Origin: an uncultured Phycisphaerales bacterium
GTDB taxonomy: Bacteria > Planctomycetota > Phycisphaerae > Tepidisphaerales > Tepidisphaeraceae
Length of the DNA: 64,000 bases
Assembly: GCA_963844715.1 (NCBI GenBank)
Contig: CAWJPJ010000007.1
Location: 928,001-992,000 of the forward strand
Reading direction: 5' to 3'
Of the stretch, positions 48,245 through 59,043 are shown one piece after another. The notes under the pieces are model-generated. The model did not search any database. It was not told the origin of the DNA and worked only from the letters and a program-made list of their open reading frames with translations. The first letter of the stretch is position 1. Each line of letters begins with the position of its first letter. Made by a program: the position numbers and the translations under genes.

Positions 48245-50033
48245 TCAGGCGCATGAAAAAATTGCGAGGAGTACGGCGTTCTGTAGAAGGGCGCAAATCG
48301 CCACGGTCAAGACTGCTTCTTGCACATCCAGCGAAAACAGATTCCAGAAAGCCACGGCATAAATCAAAAAAACAAGGTTAATGGCGATCACGTAAGACCG
48401 CATGTCATATCGCAGGGCCACGATGGCCACTGCCCCGGCGGCCATCGAAAACATGCAAATCCCAGCCATCTTCAGAATGGCGGTGCCGATCGAGCCGAAA
48501 TTCGCCGACAGGAGTTTGGAAGCGGCGAGTACACCAGCCAGCATCAGGGCAACGGCCAGTATCATCTGCACTAGAATGATGCCGACGGCGGCGGCCAAGT
48601 TGGAATGGCCGAGCGTGCTGTCGTAAGGGATTTCCGCCAACCGCAGCGCGAAACCACCGGCCAGCATGGCGATCGGAATCACCCGGTCGCGGAAAGGAGA
48701 ATACTCGGTCTCGGTATCATCAACCGCCTGCGGGCGGGCTCTGCGCCTGGATAAAGGCTGGCGCGGGAAGCGGCGGCGTTCGAATTTGCGGGTGTTTGCG
48801 CTGCTCCGCACGGCGATTGCTCAGACGTTTCTGCAACCTCATACGTTTGCAGGTCCAGCGCCTCAGGATCTTCCGTCGTCTGGGGTTTGGGCGGCGCGAT
48901 GAAGATTTTGCCGCACGGGCACTGCATGCTGCGGCCGGCAATTAGAGCATTTCCCAAATTAAACTAGCGGCTGGCGGTAACCGCAATGGCGGAAAAATCC
49001 CGCGGCATCTTCGGTCGTAACGGCGTCCATTGCCGCGAACACAGCCCGGACCAAGGTGTCGAACGTTCTGGGCTCCGCCGAGCGGATCAGTTGCTTCGCT
49101 TTGCTCCACATCATCTCGATCGGATTCAAATCCGGCGAGTAGGGTGGCAGCAACCACAGTTCGCAGCCGGCGGCTTCGATCAGGCGTCGCACTTCTGAAT
49201 GTTTGTGCGGCTGCAAATTGTCCATCACCACGATGTCCCCGCTTCGCAGGCTGGGCACGAGCGCTTCACGCACCCAGGCGACAAAAACATCGCTGTCCAT
49301 CGCCCCTTGAACAATCGCGCCGGCGGTCGCGCCGTCGAGCCGAACCGCGGCGATCATGGTGGTCGTGCTCCAGTGTCCGGCCGGGGTCTTGCACAACAAC
49401 CGTTCGCCGCGGCCGCACCGGCCACGCAATCGGGTGAAGTTCGTCTTGGCCCCGGATTCATCCACAAAAACAAGACGCTCGGGATCGACGTCCTTCAGCC
49501 GCCGACGCCACTGCGTCCGCGCGGCGGCGACGTCGGGCCGATCCTGCTCGGACGCGTGGAGAGACTTTTTTTAAAGGAGAGGCCCAGCTTCCTGAGCCAA
49601 CGGTCGACCGTCGACAGCGACACGTCCAGCGCCAACTTCTCTTTGATCTCGTTGAGCGTGGCATCCGGCCGGGCGGCCACGAACCGACTCAAACGAGTCT
49701 TCAACTCGCCGGTCAACTTCCCCTTGCGGCCACGAAGATGAAGCAGCGGTTCGGCCGTCCCCCGTTCACGTTCATCCTGTCGCACGCGGCGGACGGCCGA
49801 CTCGCATCGGCCGAAGATCGCGGAAATCTCCTTCGTGCCTTTGCCGGCACGATACGCCGACATGATCCATCGACGGGTCAGAGCGGTTTGCGATGCCATG
49901 GCAACCTCCTTGTTGAATCGGAGATTAGCAAAACAGCATCGATGGCGCTAGTTTAAAATGGGAAATGCTCTAGATCGGTGAGCGCGAATCTCGCGCCGCA
50001 GGCCGGGCAGGGGAAATTGACGGAGGCGGTCAT
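48245..50033 (-). pseudogene. Zn-ribbon multi-TM hypothetical protein disrupted by IS630
   Basis: Removing the IS and one TA restores MTASVNFPCPACGARFALTDLIAGRSMQCPCGK in frame; C-terminal TM helices lie in ORF 48245-48811. Confidence 0.8.
48945..49970 (-). mobile_element. IS630-family insertion sequence
   Basis: IRs GAGCATTTCCCAAATTAAACTAG / GAGCATTTCCCATTTTAAACTAG, TA duplication (48943-44, 49971-72), orfA HTH (49495-49899), orfB DDE (VFVDESG, VVMDNL, LPPYSPDLNPIE), A7G slippery site at 49565-49572. Confidence 0.95.
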
Positions 50034-50232
50034 ATTCGAATAAGCAAAAGTGGCGCTTATATTTTATAGTGGAGAGAGGAAATGGGTAGGCCAGGCAATC
50101 ATGGCCCGCGCTGAAGCCCGGACAGACGTTGGGCGATTTTCTGTCAAATTTGATAAAGAGGGCCAGATCCCATTTTGTCCACCTCCCGCCTTTCTGAGAT
50201 CATCGCGTGGCCTGTTTCGGCAGCGACTGAAC

Positions 50233-50420
50233 ATGCTTACCGACGTAGTGTACCACAACCTCCATCGCGGAAACAGACGAACGTGAATCTTACGAAAACG
50301 GGCGGAATACGACGCTTTTGTGAATAACTTGAGGCAGGTTCTGCGAAGATTTGGAATAGAGTTCCTCGCCCGGCGTGTTATGCCGCATCATTGGCATGAG
50401 GTGGTTCTGAGTCGGGAAGA
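50233..50420 (+). pseudogene. Remnant of a REP-associated (Y1/HUH) tyrosine transposase
   Basis: VVYHNLHRGNRR* then VMPHHWHEVV, resembling YHVxNRGNxR...LMPNHWHLV; has a stop and frameshift. Confidence 0.6.
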
Positions 50421-50535
50421 CAGCCAGGGCAGTGGACAAAAAAGGGGAACAGACACTATGCGCGCCCACGAACGAGTTCATGCGCTTTTTATCAGATCAA
50501 AAGGAGGATTGAGACAGAGCCCCGACATCCCGGTT

Positions 50536-52902
50536 TCATTGCCCCGGAATTCGCTGAGATCTACCGGCCTGTTTCTTCCGCCGTGGAACAACCAAGAACA
50601 CGATACCGAATGCCGCCAGTAAGGGGGCGTTGATACCCAACATCCAGAGCATCCTCAATCGGGCGCTCGGCAGCACCGGCTCGTTCACACCCAGGTCCGC
50701 CAGAGTGAACTTTTCCTCGCCGATGGGGCCAAAATTGATGGAGTCGACGGAAATTTTGGTCTCTGCCGTGCGGCTTTCCGGCTGCCACTTCTTCGTCTCC
50801 CATCGATCGATGGATTTTATTTGTGGCGGATCGCTACCCAGATATTCAATGCGTTGCTCAATTGACGGGTGGGGGCCATTGGGACTCATACTCCCGGAGA
50901 GCTCGGGCCAGGTAAACCCTGCCAGGGCCCAACTGTCCGGCAGGAAATAGAACTGGACTTGATTATGCGGCTGGCCGGAATAATTTACGTCCGCCACAAT
51001 ATCCACCACTGAAACGCCATCAAGAAACATAGTCTTGGCGGATACCAGAGTGACGGCGGGGTCGCTTATAAAAGTTCGCACATCGACCGCGTCAACGTGG
51101 CAAATCCCATACAGGGGAACGCAATCGGTCGCACCTCTTTTCAAAAACTCATCTTCTTCGATGCATCCAAAGGCGGTAATCGTGAAATGCCGCTCGGCGC
51201 CGGCTTTCTGAATATCAAAGAATTTTTCGCTGCTTCCTCCCAGCACCCTGACGGCGCTATAGGTTGGAAGGGATGGATCTCTACCCACAAATGTTTGAGA
51301 TTTTCTAAAGTGATCGCCATCGCGCAAGTATTCGCAGTGAAATTGCCACTTAACGCCGCCATTATCATCAAAAACCGTTTCCGTCGTTTGAATATCTACC
51401 TGGCCGTAGGCCGCATTGAGCTTGTTGGCTGCCGCCGGATATTCCTGGCGAAATCGATCGAGGAGGTCGGCCTTGCACTCCTCGGGCGCGGCCATTGTAA
51501 TCCAACCGGCGAGGAGTACGACCGATAGCGCTCCGAGTTTGGGGACGATGATCGCCTGACGACCAGGATGCCTTGGCGCGCTACCGGCGTGCAAAGACGC
51601 GAAGCACCGGCGGTGGATGGGAGACCCGCGATTCTTGGCAGTTTTCGGTGTTCCGGCGTTCTTGGTATGACGATTACGACCGGGCAATTCCAACGGCGAT
51701 GCAGAGGAGGTTTGCCAAGCCCTTAGGAAACAGTACAGGCTCAATAACGCAAGGCAGGTGGCCCTCAAGATCAAGAGGTTCTCCACCGCGTACAGGTGCT
51801 GCCAGGATTTCAACTGCAACAGATTATCGTAACACCAGGGATAGACCGCGCCGGTCACCGCAAAGATGGTTAAAACCAAGAACCGAACTGTTGCGGTCTG
51901 CAGCGCGTTTTCTGCGGCGGGCAGGATGATTAACATCGGCAGAATAAAGATGAAGTACTGTGGAGAGAGGACTTTGCTGAACAGCAGGGAAGCCAGGAGT
52001 ACGCCGCAAAGCAAAAATGAAAGCGAGCCGGAATTCATTCGTCGCCGCACCGCCATCAAAGCGCTCAACAATACAACGGCGGCCAGCAGCGCCACGGAGC
52101 CGTGAATTAAAAGCTGCTCATAGGGCGTATGAAGATTTGCGCTTCCGAAGTCGTCGGTGACCTCGCCGGGCACGCCGAACCACATCAGAACCATTTCGAC
52201 TAATGCCGGAGTCGATTCAAGTTGGATTCCCCGGTTGAAATGATATTCGAGGAGCCATTGAAAATGGTAACCGCCCATTGCCGCGACGATAGCGAAGGAA
52301 AGAATGGTGGGCAGGAAAAGCAGCGCGGCGCATTTGACCAAAGATTTCAGGCCATGTTTGAGCTCGAATGCCAATATCGCCGGGGCTAAGACGATCGGGA
52401 CGAACTTGAATGCGATACCCAATCCAAGTGCCAGATGAAAAAGGTTATTTCGCCCTTTGAGAAGGGCCGCAAACGCGACAAACAGCATACCGCCCAAGAC
52501 GATGTCAACGTGGTCATAAAACAGATGCCCAATGGCCGTGGAACACAAAATGTAAAGGATGAGATTTCCCTTGCTCGTTCTGCATACGTGAAGCAGGTAA
52601 ATCCAAATCCCGCAGTCCACCGCGCAACACATGATGCGGAAAAGCGGGAAATACCACTTCAGCGACTCGTCCAGCAGGGCCGGCAGAATTGTGAACGAGA
52701 ATACGAGCGGCGGATACTCGGGAAAGAAATCTCGAAACGGGAGGGCTCCCCGGTTAATCTGCGCGATATAGCCGGCATGAACATTCAGATCAGTGCCATA
52801 TCCTGCCAGGAATAAAAAGATGATCGCTCGCGACACGACGAACAAAATCCAAAGCCAGACTGCCGGATATCGTGCAAAGAAAGATATAAACGATTGGCGC
52901 AT
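50536..52902 (-). CDS. GT87/DUF2029-like membrane glycosyltransferase, read in frame into a second secreted membrane-anchored hypothetical protein (probably two genes)
   Basis: PFRDFFPEYPP, KFVP, RGIQLES and SKVLSPQY in the first about 400 aa; then a low-quality linker, a new signal-peptide-like stretch (LGALSVVLLAGWITMAA) and a C-terminal TM followed by RRKK. Confidence 0.7.
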   Translation of the reverse strand: MRQSFISFFARYPAVWLWILFVVSRAIIFLFLAGYGTDLNVHAGYIAQINRGALPFRDFFPEYPPLVFSFTILPALLDESLKWYFPLFRIMCCAVDCGIWIYLLHVCRTSKGNLILYILCSTAIGHLFYDHVDIVLGGMLFVAFAALLKGRNNLFHLALGLGIAFKFVPIVLAPAILAFELKHGLKSLVKCAALLFLPTILSFAIVAAMGGYHFQWLLEYHFNRGIQLESTPALVEMVLMWFGVPGEVTDDFGSANLHTPYEQLLIHGSVALLAAVVLLSALMAVRRRMNSGSLSFLLCGVLLASLLFSKVLSPQYFIFILPMLIILPAAENALQTATVRFLVLTIFAVTGAVYPWCYDNLLQLKSWQHLYAVENLLILRATCLALLSLYCFLRAWQTSSASPLELPGRNRHTKNAGTPKTAKNRGSPIHRRCFASLHAGSAPRHPGRQAIIVPKLGALSVVLLAGWITMAAPEECKADLLDRFRQEYPAAANKLNAAYGQVDIQTTETVFDDNGGVKWQFHCEYLRDGDHFRKSQTFVGRDPSLPTYSAVRVLGGSSEKFFDIQKAGAERHFTITAFGCIEEDEFLKRGATDCVPLYGICHVDAVDVRTFISDPAVTLVSAKTMFLDGVSVVDIVADVNYSGQPHNQVQFYFLPDSWALAGFTWPELSGSMSPNGPHPSIEQRIEYLGSDPPQIKSIDRWETKKWQPESRTAETKISVDSINFGPIGEEKFTLADLGVNEPVLPSARLRMLWMLGINAPLLAAFGIVFLVVPRRKKQAGRSQRIPGQ

Positions 52903-52948
52903 CGGCTAAGGGAGGTCATGGGAAGTCAGCCTGGTTAGGCACGGGCAT

Positions 52949-53149
52949 TTAGCCTTTGCCGCCATCCTTCTTTTCCGATTGCTGGATGAGATATTCCATC
53001 ATACGCCTCACTCTTTGTGCATCCTTCCGCACTTCGTCGCGCTGGGAATCTGTCCAGCCACTCATCGGGCCGGCCTTCAATCTTTTTGCGACTCGCTCCT
53101 GAAGCCCTTCCAATTCCCTTTGAAAGTCAATCGAATTATTATAATCCAT
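52949..53149 (-). CDS. Small hypothetical protein
   Basis: AGGAG RBS before MDYNNSIDFQRELEGLQERV; helical. Confidence 0.45.
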   Translation of the reverse strand: MDYNNSIDFQRELEGLQERVAKRLKAGPMSGWTDSQRDEVRKDAQRVRRMMEYLIQQSEKKDGGKG

Positions 53150-53287
53150 AAAGCGCTCCTGCACCCGAAAACGGCGGAATTCTAGCCCAGGATCATTAAT
53201 TAAACGACTAAATGTCAAACTGATCCACTACCGCTTTGCCGCCGCCTTTGAAGATGGGCGGAGAGATCGGTAAGTTGCTTGATACGC

Positions 53288-55111
53288 ATGAAGGCGACGT
53301 GGAAATTCACAATCCTGCCGGGGGCGCTGCTTGCTTTGATGATTTTTGTTTCGTATTGGCCGGCGATGCGCGGGGGGTTTACGTTTGATGATTGCGCGCT
53401 GATCTCGCAAAACCAGTTGATTCATGCGGACAATGGTTTGTATCGAATTTGGTTCACCGCCGATGCGGTGGACTATTGGCCGATCACCTACTCGGCGTGG
53501 TGGTTGCAATGGCGGCTGTGGGGAGGGAAGGCCGCCGGGTTTCATGCGGTCAATGTGGGGTTGCATGCGATCGACACGATTTTGGTCTGGATGATCCTGC
53601 GGCGGCTGCGGGTTCCAGGGGCGTGGGCGGCGGCGGCGCTGTTTGCGGTTCACCCTGTCAATGTCGCGACGGTGGCGTGGATCGCCGAAACGAAAAATAC
53701 GCTGTCGATGCTCTTCTACTTGTGCTCGATTCTCGCCTACCTGCATTTTTCCGAAAAAGGATTTTGGAAGTGGTACGCCGTTTCACTGCTCACCTTTGCG
53801 CTGGCTCTGTTGAGCAAGACTTCGGTGGTGATGGAGCCCGTGGTGCTGCTGGGGCTTGCATGGTGGAAGTGCGGGCGCATCAGCGGCAAGGATGTGCGCT
53901 GCGCCGCGCCGTTCTTCGCCCTTTCGCTGCTCGGCGCGTGCGTGACAATCCTGCATCAGCATTCGCGGCTGCTGTACGAAAGCCCGGGGCAAGCGACCGG
54001 ATTCGCGGGTCGACTGGCGGTCGCGGGTTGGGCGCTTTGGTTTTATCTCTACAAGATCGTGCTGCCGCTGAACCTGATGCTGATTTATCCCAACTGGAAA
54101 GTCGATGAGGCGTGGTGGATCTCGTACGTCCCGGCGGCGGCGTTCATTGGCGCGCTGGGAATCCTTTGGTGGAAGCGAAGAACCTGGGGCCGGGCGGGGC
54201 TATGCGGCGTTGGCTATTTCGCGGTCATGCTGTTTCCGGTTTTGGGTTTTTTTCATCAATACTGGCAGATCTACTCGCGCGTGGCGGATCAGTGGCAGTA
54301 TTGCGCCATGATCGGCGTGCTGGCGTTATTGACGGCAGGGGCGGCGAAGGCGGGGGGGCGGATGAATATTCCCGGGAGATCTATGGGAGCGATCATCGCC
54401 GTCGCGGTGTTTGTGTTTCTGGGCGTGGGGACGTGGAAGCGCAGTGCGCTGTTTGCCGATGAGGAATCGTTGTGGCGCGATAACATCGCAAAAAATCCCC
54501 AGGCATGGGTTGCGTACAATAATCTGGGCGGCTTGCTTGGGGCGCAAAACAGAATCGACGAAGCGATCCAAGTGTTCAACGAGGCGATCCGGGTCAAGCC
54601 AGATTATGTCGAAGCATATAACAACCGTGGAAACGCGCTGGTTGTTGCGGGAAAGATCGATGAAGCGATGGCGGATTATCGGCACGCATTGAGTATTTAT
54701 CCGGCGAGCGCCGACGCGATGATGCATATCGGGGAGATTTACTGGCGACAGGGCCACGCGCGGGAAGCGATCGAATATTGGAAAGAGGCGCTGGAGTACG
54801 AGCCGGATTCGATCGACGTGGTGAATAACCTCGCCTGGGCGTTGGCGACGGCCGATCCGAGCGACGGCGGCGATCCGTCGCAAGCCGTTACGCTCGCACG
54901 GCACGCGTGCGAGCTGACGGATAATCGGGAGGCGACGTATTTGGACACGCTGGGCGTCGCTTACGCGGCCGATGGAAAGTTTGGCGACGCGGTGGACACG
55001 GCCCGGAAGGCGATTGACCTGGCCCGGTCGCACGGGGACGAGCAATTGGCCAGCAGAATCCAAGGGCGGTTGGATTTGTATCAGGCCGGGAAAGCTTACC
55101 GCGTGCGATAG
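53288..55111 (+). CDS. TMTC-like GT-C protein O-mannosyltransferase with TPR repeats
   Basis: GFTFDD, YWPIT, FHAVNVGLH, LFAVHPVNVATVAWIAE, LLSKTS, ADQWQY, then TPRs (AYNNLG, AYNNRG, NNLAW). Confidence 0.88.
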   Translation: MKATWKFTILPGALLALMIFVSYWPAMRGGFTFDDCALISQNQLIHADNGLYRIWFTADAVDYWPITYSAWWLQWRLWGGKAAGFHAVNVGLHAIDTILVWMILRRLRVPGAWAAAALFAVHPVNVATVAWIAETKNTLSMLFYLCSILAYLHFSEKGFWKWYAVSLLTFALALLSKTSVVMEPVVLLGLAWWKCGRISGKDVRCAAPFFALSLLGACVTILHQHSRLLYESPGQATGFAGRLAVAGWALWFYLYKIVLPLNLMLIYPNWKVDEAWWISYVPAAAFIGALGILWWKRRTWGRAGLCGVGYFAVMLFPVLGFFHQYWQIYSRVADQWQYCAMIGVLALLTAGAAKAGGRMNIPGRSMGAIIAVAVFVFLGVGTWKRSALFADEESLWRDNIAKNPQAWVAYNNLGGLLGAQNRIDEAIQVFNEAIRVKPDYVEAYNNRGNALVVAGKIDEAMADYRHALSIYPASADAMMHIGEIYWRQGHAREAIEYWKEALEYEPDSIDVVNNLAWALATADPSDGGDPSQAVTLARHACELTDNREATYLDTLGVAYAADGKFGDAVDTARKAIDLARSHGDEQLASRIQGRLDLYQAGKAYRVR

Positions 55112-55271
55112 AGCGGGCGTCGCGATCGAAACTTTCGCCCGGCCTTTCGAAAAATCAACCGTTTAGGCCGGCGGAGCCTTCTCCGAACACCGCCCCGCGA
55201 CTTAACATTATGCGGTTGGAAATCGCCGCCTCCGAATCGATGCCGCGGGTGATCCCGTTGTGCAGTCGGGG

Positions 55272-56461
55272 TCATCGAACCGCGGTATATCCCCCGCGCA
55301 CGCCCTGTTTCGATAGGACGACTTGCCAAAGCTGATACTTGCGGCATCGAAACGCCCCGGCACAACTGTGTAGGTAGTATTTCCACATTCGATAAAAGCG
55401 CGGGCCGTATTTTTGCTCGATCGCCGGCCAGCCCCGCTCGAAATTGGCGAACCACGCCATCAGCGTGGTGTCATAATCCGCGCCGAAATTATGCAGGTCC
55501 TCGATCACGAAAATACCGTCGATGGCCGCGCCGAGGTGTTTGAGTGACGGCATGACCGCGCCGGGAAAAATGTGTTTTTCGATCCAGGAAAGTTCGCGAT
55601 CCTGGGTATTGGGATAGGTGTTTCGGGAGGCGATGAAGTGCAGCAGGAATAATCCGTCATCCCGCATACAGCGATGGGCCGTTTGCATAAAGCGGCGATG
55701 ATTTTTTGGTCCGACATGCTCCATGCATCCGACGGACACGACGTGGTCGAACGTCTCGTTGACATCGCGATAGTCCTGGAGCCGCACCTCCACCGGCAAT
55801 CCGCGGCACGATTCGGTCGCGTACTTAACCTGTTCGCTGGAGACGTTAATCGCGGCGACCGCCGCCCCATGCCGCTCGGCCGCATATTTGGCGAATCCTC
55901 CCCAGCCGCAGCCGATATCCAGAACCCGCTGCCCCTTGCGAAGGCCGATTTTTTGGCACGTCAGTTCCAGCTTGGCTTCCTGCGCCTCGTCCAGCGTGCG
56001 CGCGTTCTTCCAATAGCGCAGGTGTACAACATGCGCGGATCAAGCATGATCTGAAATAGATCGTTTCCCAGGTTGTAATGGGACTCGGCGTTGCGTCGCG
56101 CGCGGCGCGGGCCTTGAACGTTCCACAGTTTTTGAAGCAGATACGAACCCGTGGCTCGAAGATCGAAAGGAAGCCGGCTCGCAACATTGGCCCGAAGCGC
56201 GCGATCGAAAAACTGGTCGAGCGCATCGCAATCCCACCACTGATCGATATATGCGTCACCCAGCGCCGTCACGCCGCCGACGAGCACCCGGCGAAACAGG
56301 CGCGCGTCGTTGACGCGAATGTCCCATGGCCGGTCGCCCCCGATGCGAATATCGGCGGTCGCCAGCACATCGTTCACGCGCTGGGCCCATCGGGGCGTCG
56401 CCGCTCCGGGGGAAATTTCGCCGGCTTGGGCCACGCTGTACGAGGCCGTATTCTCTGCCAT
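55272..56461 (-). CDS. cfa: Cyclopropane-fatty-acyl-phospholipid synthase (frameshifted)
   Basis: ALGDAYIDQWWDC; HYNLGNDLFQIMLDPRMLYTC; VLDIGCGWGG; FDHVVSVGCMEHVGPKN; WIEKHIFPG; RMWKYYLHSCAGAF. Confidence 0.92.
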
Positions 56462-56483
56462 GGGCTACCATCCTTTTCCAGCT

Positions 56484-57332
56484 TTACACTGAAACGCTGT
56501 CGTTGCTGAGCGCGGTATTCTTTTTGGCGGTTGGAGTTAGTTCAGTTGGCTCGCCCTTGACGGTAAGACGGGCGGGGTGCCCGAACCAGCCGCGTTGGCC
56601 GTGGGCATACTTCGTTTCCATCGTCGCGACGACTTCAGCCAGGGTTCCATCGGCCGGCGCCCATCCCTGCTCGATATCGGGAAAATCGACGGCGCAATTC
56701 GCGCATTTCTTTTCGCTGGAAAAACGGATCGGACACCAGTACGACTCGACGTTACGAAGCATTTCCGAACCAAGCGACCAGACCCCGGTCATCCAATCGC
56801 AATATAAACACCAGATCAAGTCGTGCCCGACCAGGCCGCTGAACTTGTGCCGCGAGACGTTGACCCAATCCGCGCCGCGGTAGCTCGGCAGCCCCACGAG
56901 CCAGGTGATCGGTGGCCAGACAACGACCTCGGCGACTCGAGTCAGCCAGAAGATCGGGGTGACTGTCGCGGTGAACCAAAGGGCGGCCATATTCCGCCAT
57001 GGGCTGCTCAGGCGATTGCTGAGTTTGACGATCCGCGGACCGCGCCGCGCAGCGGGATTTGCCAGTTCGTGAAAAGCGGTCCAGATCATGGCCCCGGCCA
57101 CCTGCCCCGCGATCGCCGCAAAAAAACCGCGCCAGTCGGCTACTGCCAGCCCGGCGACAAGAGGCGCGATCATGAAATAGGTGACTACCCAATCCAGCCC
57201 CGGTGCCCTGCAAAGGGCAGCCGAAAGGCGCGCTCCTGGCCGTCCCATACGGGGAATCAGATGTAACACACCCGCCCCCAAAACCATCGCTGCCGCGGTG
57301 CAACCCGCCACCGCAAAGAAGGGATTTAACAT
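56484..57332 (-). CDS. Conserved hypothetical membrane protein with Cys cluster
   Basis: TM helices, then WCLYCDW...VESYWCPIRF...KCANC. Confidence 0.7.
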   Translation of the reverse strand: MLNPFFAVAGCTAAAMVLGAGVLHLIPRMGRPGARLSAALCRAPGLDWVVTYFMIAPLVAGLAVADWRGFFAAIAGQVAGAMIWTAFHELANPAARRGPRIVKLSNRLSSPWRNMAALWFTATVTPIFWLTRVAEVVVWPPITWLVGLPSYRGADWVNVSRHKFSGLVGHDLIWCLYCDWMTGVWSLGSEMLRNVESYWCPIRFSSEKKCANCAVDFPDIEQGWAPADGTLAEVVATMETKYAHGQRGWFGHPARLTVKGEPTELTPTAKKNTALSNDSVSV

Positions 57333-57487
57333 GGCGAATTCGGAGTATATCCACCGGCGGCCAAAAACGTACCATCCGGCCCGGCGAACGACAGGCGATG
57401 TAGGCTATCCGCCGGCGGACGATCCGCTGCTCGACACCGCCCGGCTGCCGCTCATCCGGCGATACCGATTCGACCGATAATTTGGGT

Positions 57488-58230
57488 ATGCTGCAAGCCG
57501 CTACCGCTGCTTCTGCCACGGAGTTCCAGCGCATCCGCCGGCACCTTCATGGCGTGTCTCCCTTCGAGGGTCTGGATGTAGGCAAATACCCGCTCGACCT
57601 GCACGGCTTCGGGCAGAACGCCCAGTTGTTCGACGAACTCGTTGGCGAACTGTCGCCCGGGTTGATCGTCGAAGTGGGAACCTGGTATGGAAAGTCGGCG
57701 GCGACCTGGGCGCAGGCGATTCTCCAGACCAACGCCGTGCGCAACAAGCAGGGGGGCGTATTGTGCGTCGACACCTGGCTGGGGCGCGGGAGATGTGGGA
57801 GCACCAGGGGGGCGCCGAAGGATGGTGGTCGTGCGCCGATATCTCCAATGACCGCCTGGCAAAGTCGCACGAGCGGCTTCGCCTCGTCAACGGCTACCCG
57901 CAGTTCTATCAGCAATTTCTAGCCAATATGGTTCATATGCATTTAGACGATGTGGTCGTCCCGTTTCCGACCACGTCCGTGATTGGCGGCCGATTCTTGC
58001 GCGACCATGGGTACAGCGCCGAGATCGTCTACGTCGACGGCTCGCATGAATACGACGATGCGCTGGCCGATCTGGAGCTTTACTGGCAAATCGTGGCCCC
58101 AGGCGGGGCGTTGGTCGGCGACGACATCTGGATCGACGACGTCCGCCGGGCCGTCGAGCGCTTCGCGTCCGCCGAAAACCTCACCCTCATTCCGGCTCAT
58201 CCCTGCTGGTACATTCGTAAGACCGCTTAG
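57488..58230 (+). CDS. Class I SAM methyltransferase (Methyltransf_24-like), frameshifted
   Basis: IVEVGTWYGKSA; LCVDTWLG; VYVDGSHEY; PGGALVGDD. Confidence 0.85.
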
Positions 58231-58238
58231 ATACCGAA

Positions 58239-58312
58239 GCAAGCGCAATTCCGTTGGGCAAAGCGCGGAACTTCGGAATCGAGGGTTGGGGGTTCGACTC
58301 CCTCCGGGTGCG
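58239..58312 (+). pseudogene. Decayed full-length tRNA-Arg(UCG) copy / old att site
   Basis: 74 nt. The 3' half nearly equals the two fragments; the 5' half keeps tRNA spacing (GCAxxCG...GTTGG..A.AGC), but the acceptor, D and anticodon stems are mismatched. Confidence 0.65.
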
Positions 58313-58315
58313 TTA

Positions 58316-58990
58316 CTACACGCCGCCCTTGTGTGATCGCTTTCGCTTTTTCAGCCGTGCAAGATGCGCGTCCTGCTTGGCTCGATTTCCACAGACGGCC
58401 ATGCTGCACCAGCGCCGCCCATGGCGTCGCGTTTGATCGAGGAAGAAGAGAATGCAGTTCTGACCCTGGCATGCCTTGACGTAGCGAAAATCCGCCGTGG
58501 AAATGAATTTGGCGATCTCTTCGGCGATCGGTGAGAGCAATAATTCCGGCTTCCGCCATCGACGCCGCGCTCGCAGGTGAGAAATCGCCGGAGTTGGCTT
58601 GCCCGGGTTTGGGTTTGATGAGGGGGCGGGCCCGGGGGCGAGCGACCAATAGATTTCATCCATTGCCAAAAGCTCGTTAAGCGGCGCTAAATCATTCATA
58701 GCCCGCGGGTTGAGCGGCCGGCCCATGTGAGCCGTGACAAAGTCTCGGAACCACGTTCGCAGCCCTCGTGCCTTGGCGGCGACGCGGTCGAGTTCTTTGT
58801 GGGAGATGCTCGACTTGATCACGGCAATATCGTCGACGGTGAGCAGCCCCGCCTGCTTCATCCAGGACAAAAAGTCGCAGCCGTTGTCGATCCAGTCCAC
58901 TTCGTCGTGCACGGGCCTGGCCAGGGAATTCAGGAAATCCAAGCCGGTCATACCTGCGACGAAGATGGCGGGAGGAAGTGAAGTTTCCAT
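58316..58990 (-). CDS. ABATE domain / CGNR zinc-finger regulator
   Basis: GLDFLNS; VKACQGQNCILFFLDQTRRHGRRWCSMAVCGNRAK. Confidence 0.93.
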   Translation of the reverse strand: METSLPPAIFVAGMTGLDFLNSLARPVHDEVDWIDNGCDFLSWMKQAGLLTVDDIAVIKSSISHKELDRVAAKARGLRTWFRDFVTAHMGRPLNPRAMNDLAPLNELLAMDEIYWSLAPGPAPSSNPNPGKPTPAISHLRARRRWRKPELLLSPIAEEIAKFISTADFRYVKACQGQNCILFFLDQTRRHGRRWCSMAVCGNRAKQDAHLARLKKRKRSHKGGV

Positions 58991-59043
58991 GTTTACTCTA
59001 CTCCCCTGCGAATCGTGAATGGCTGAATCGGATCAGATCTGAT

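Noticed and set aside
34032..58312. Functional tRNA-Arg genes
   Set aside because: Two copies lack the 5' half; the third has broken acceptor, D and anticodon stems.
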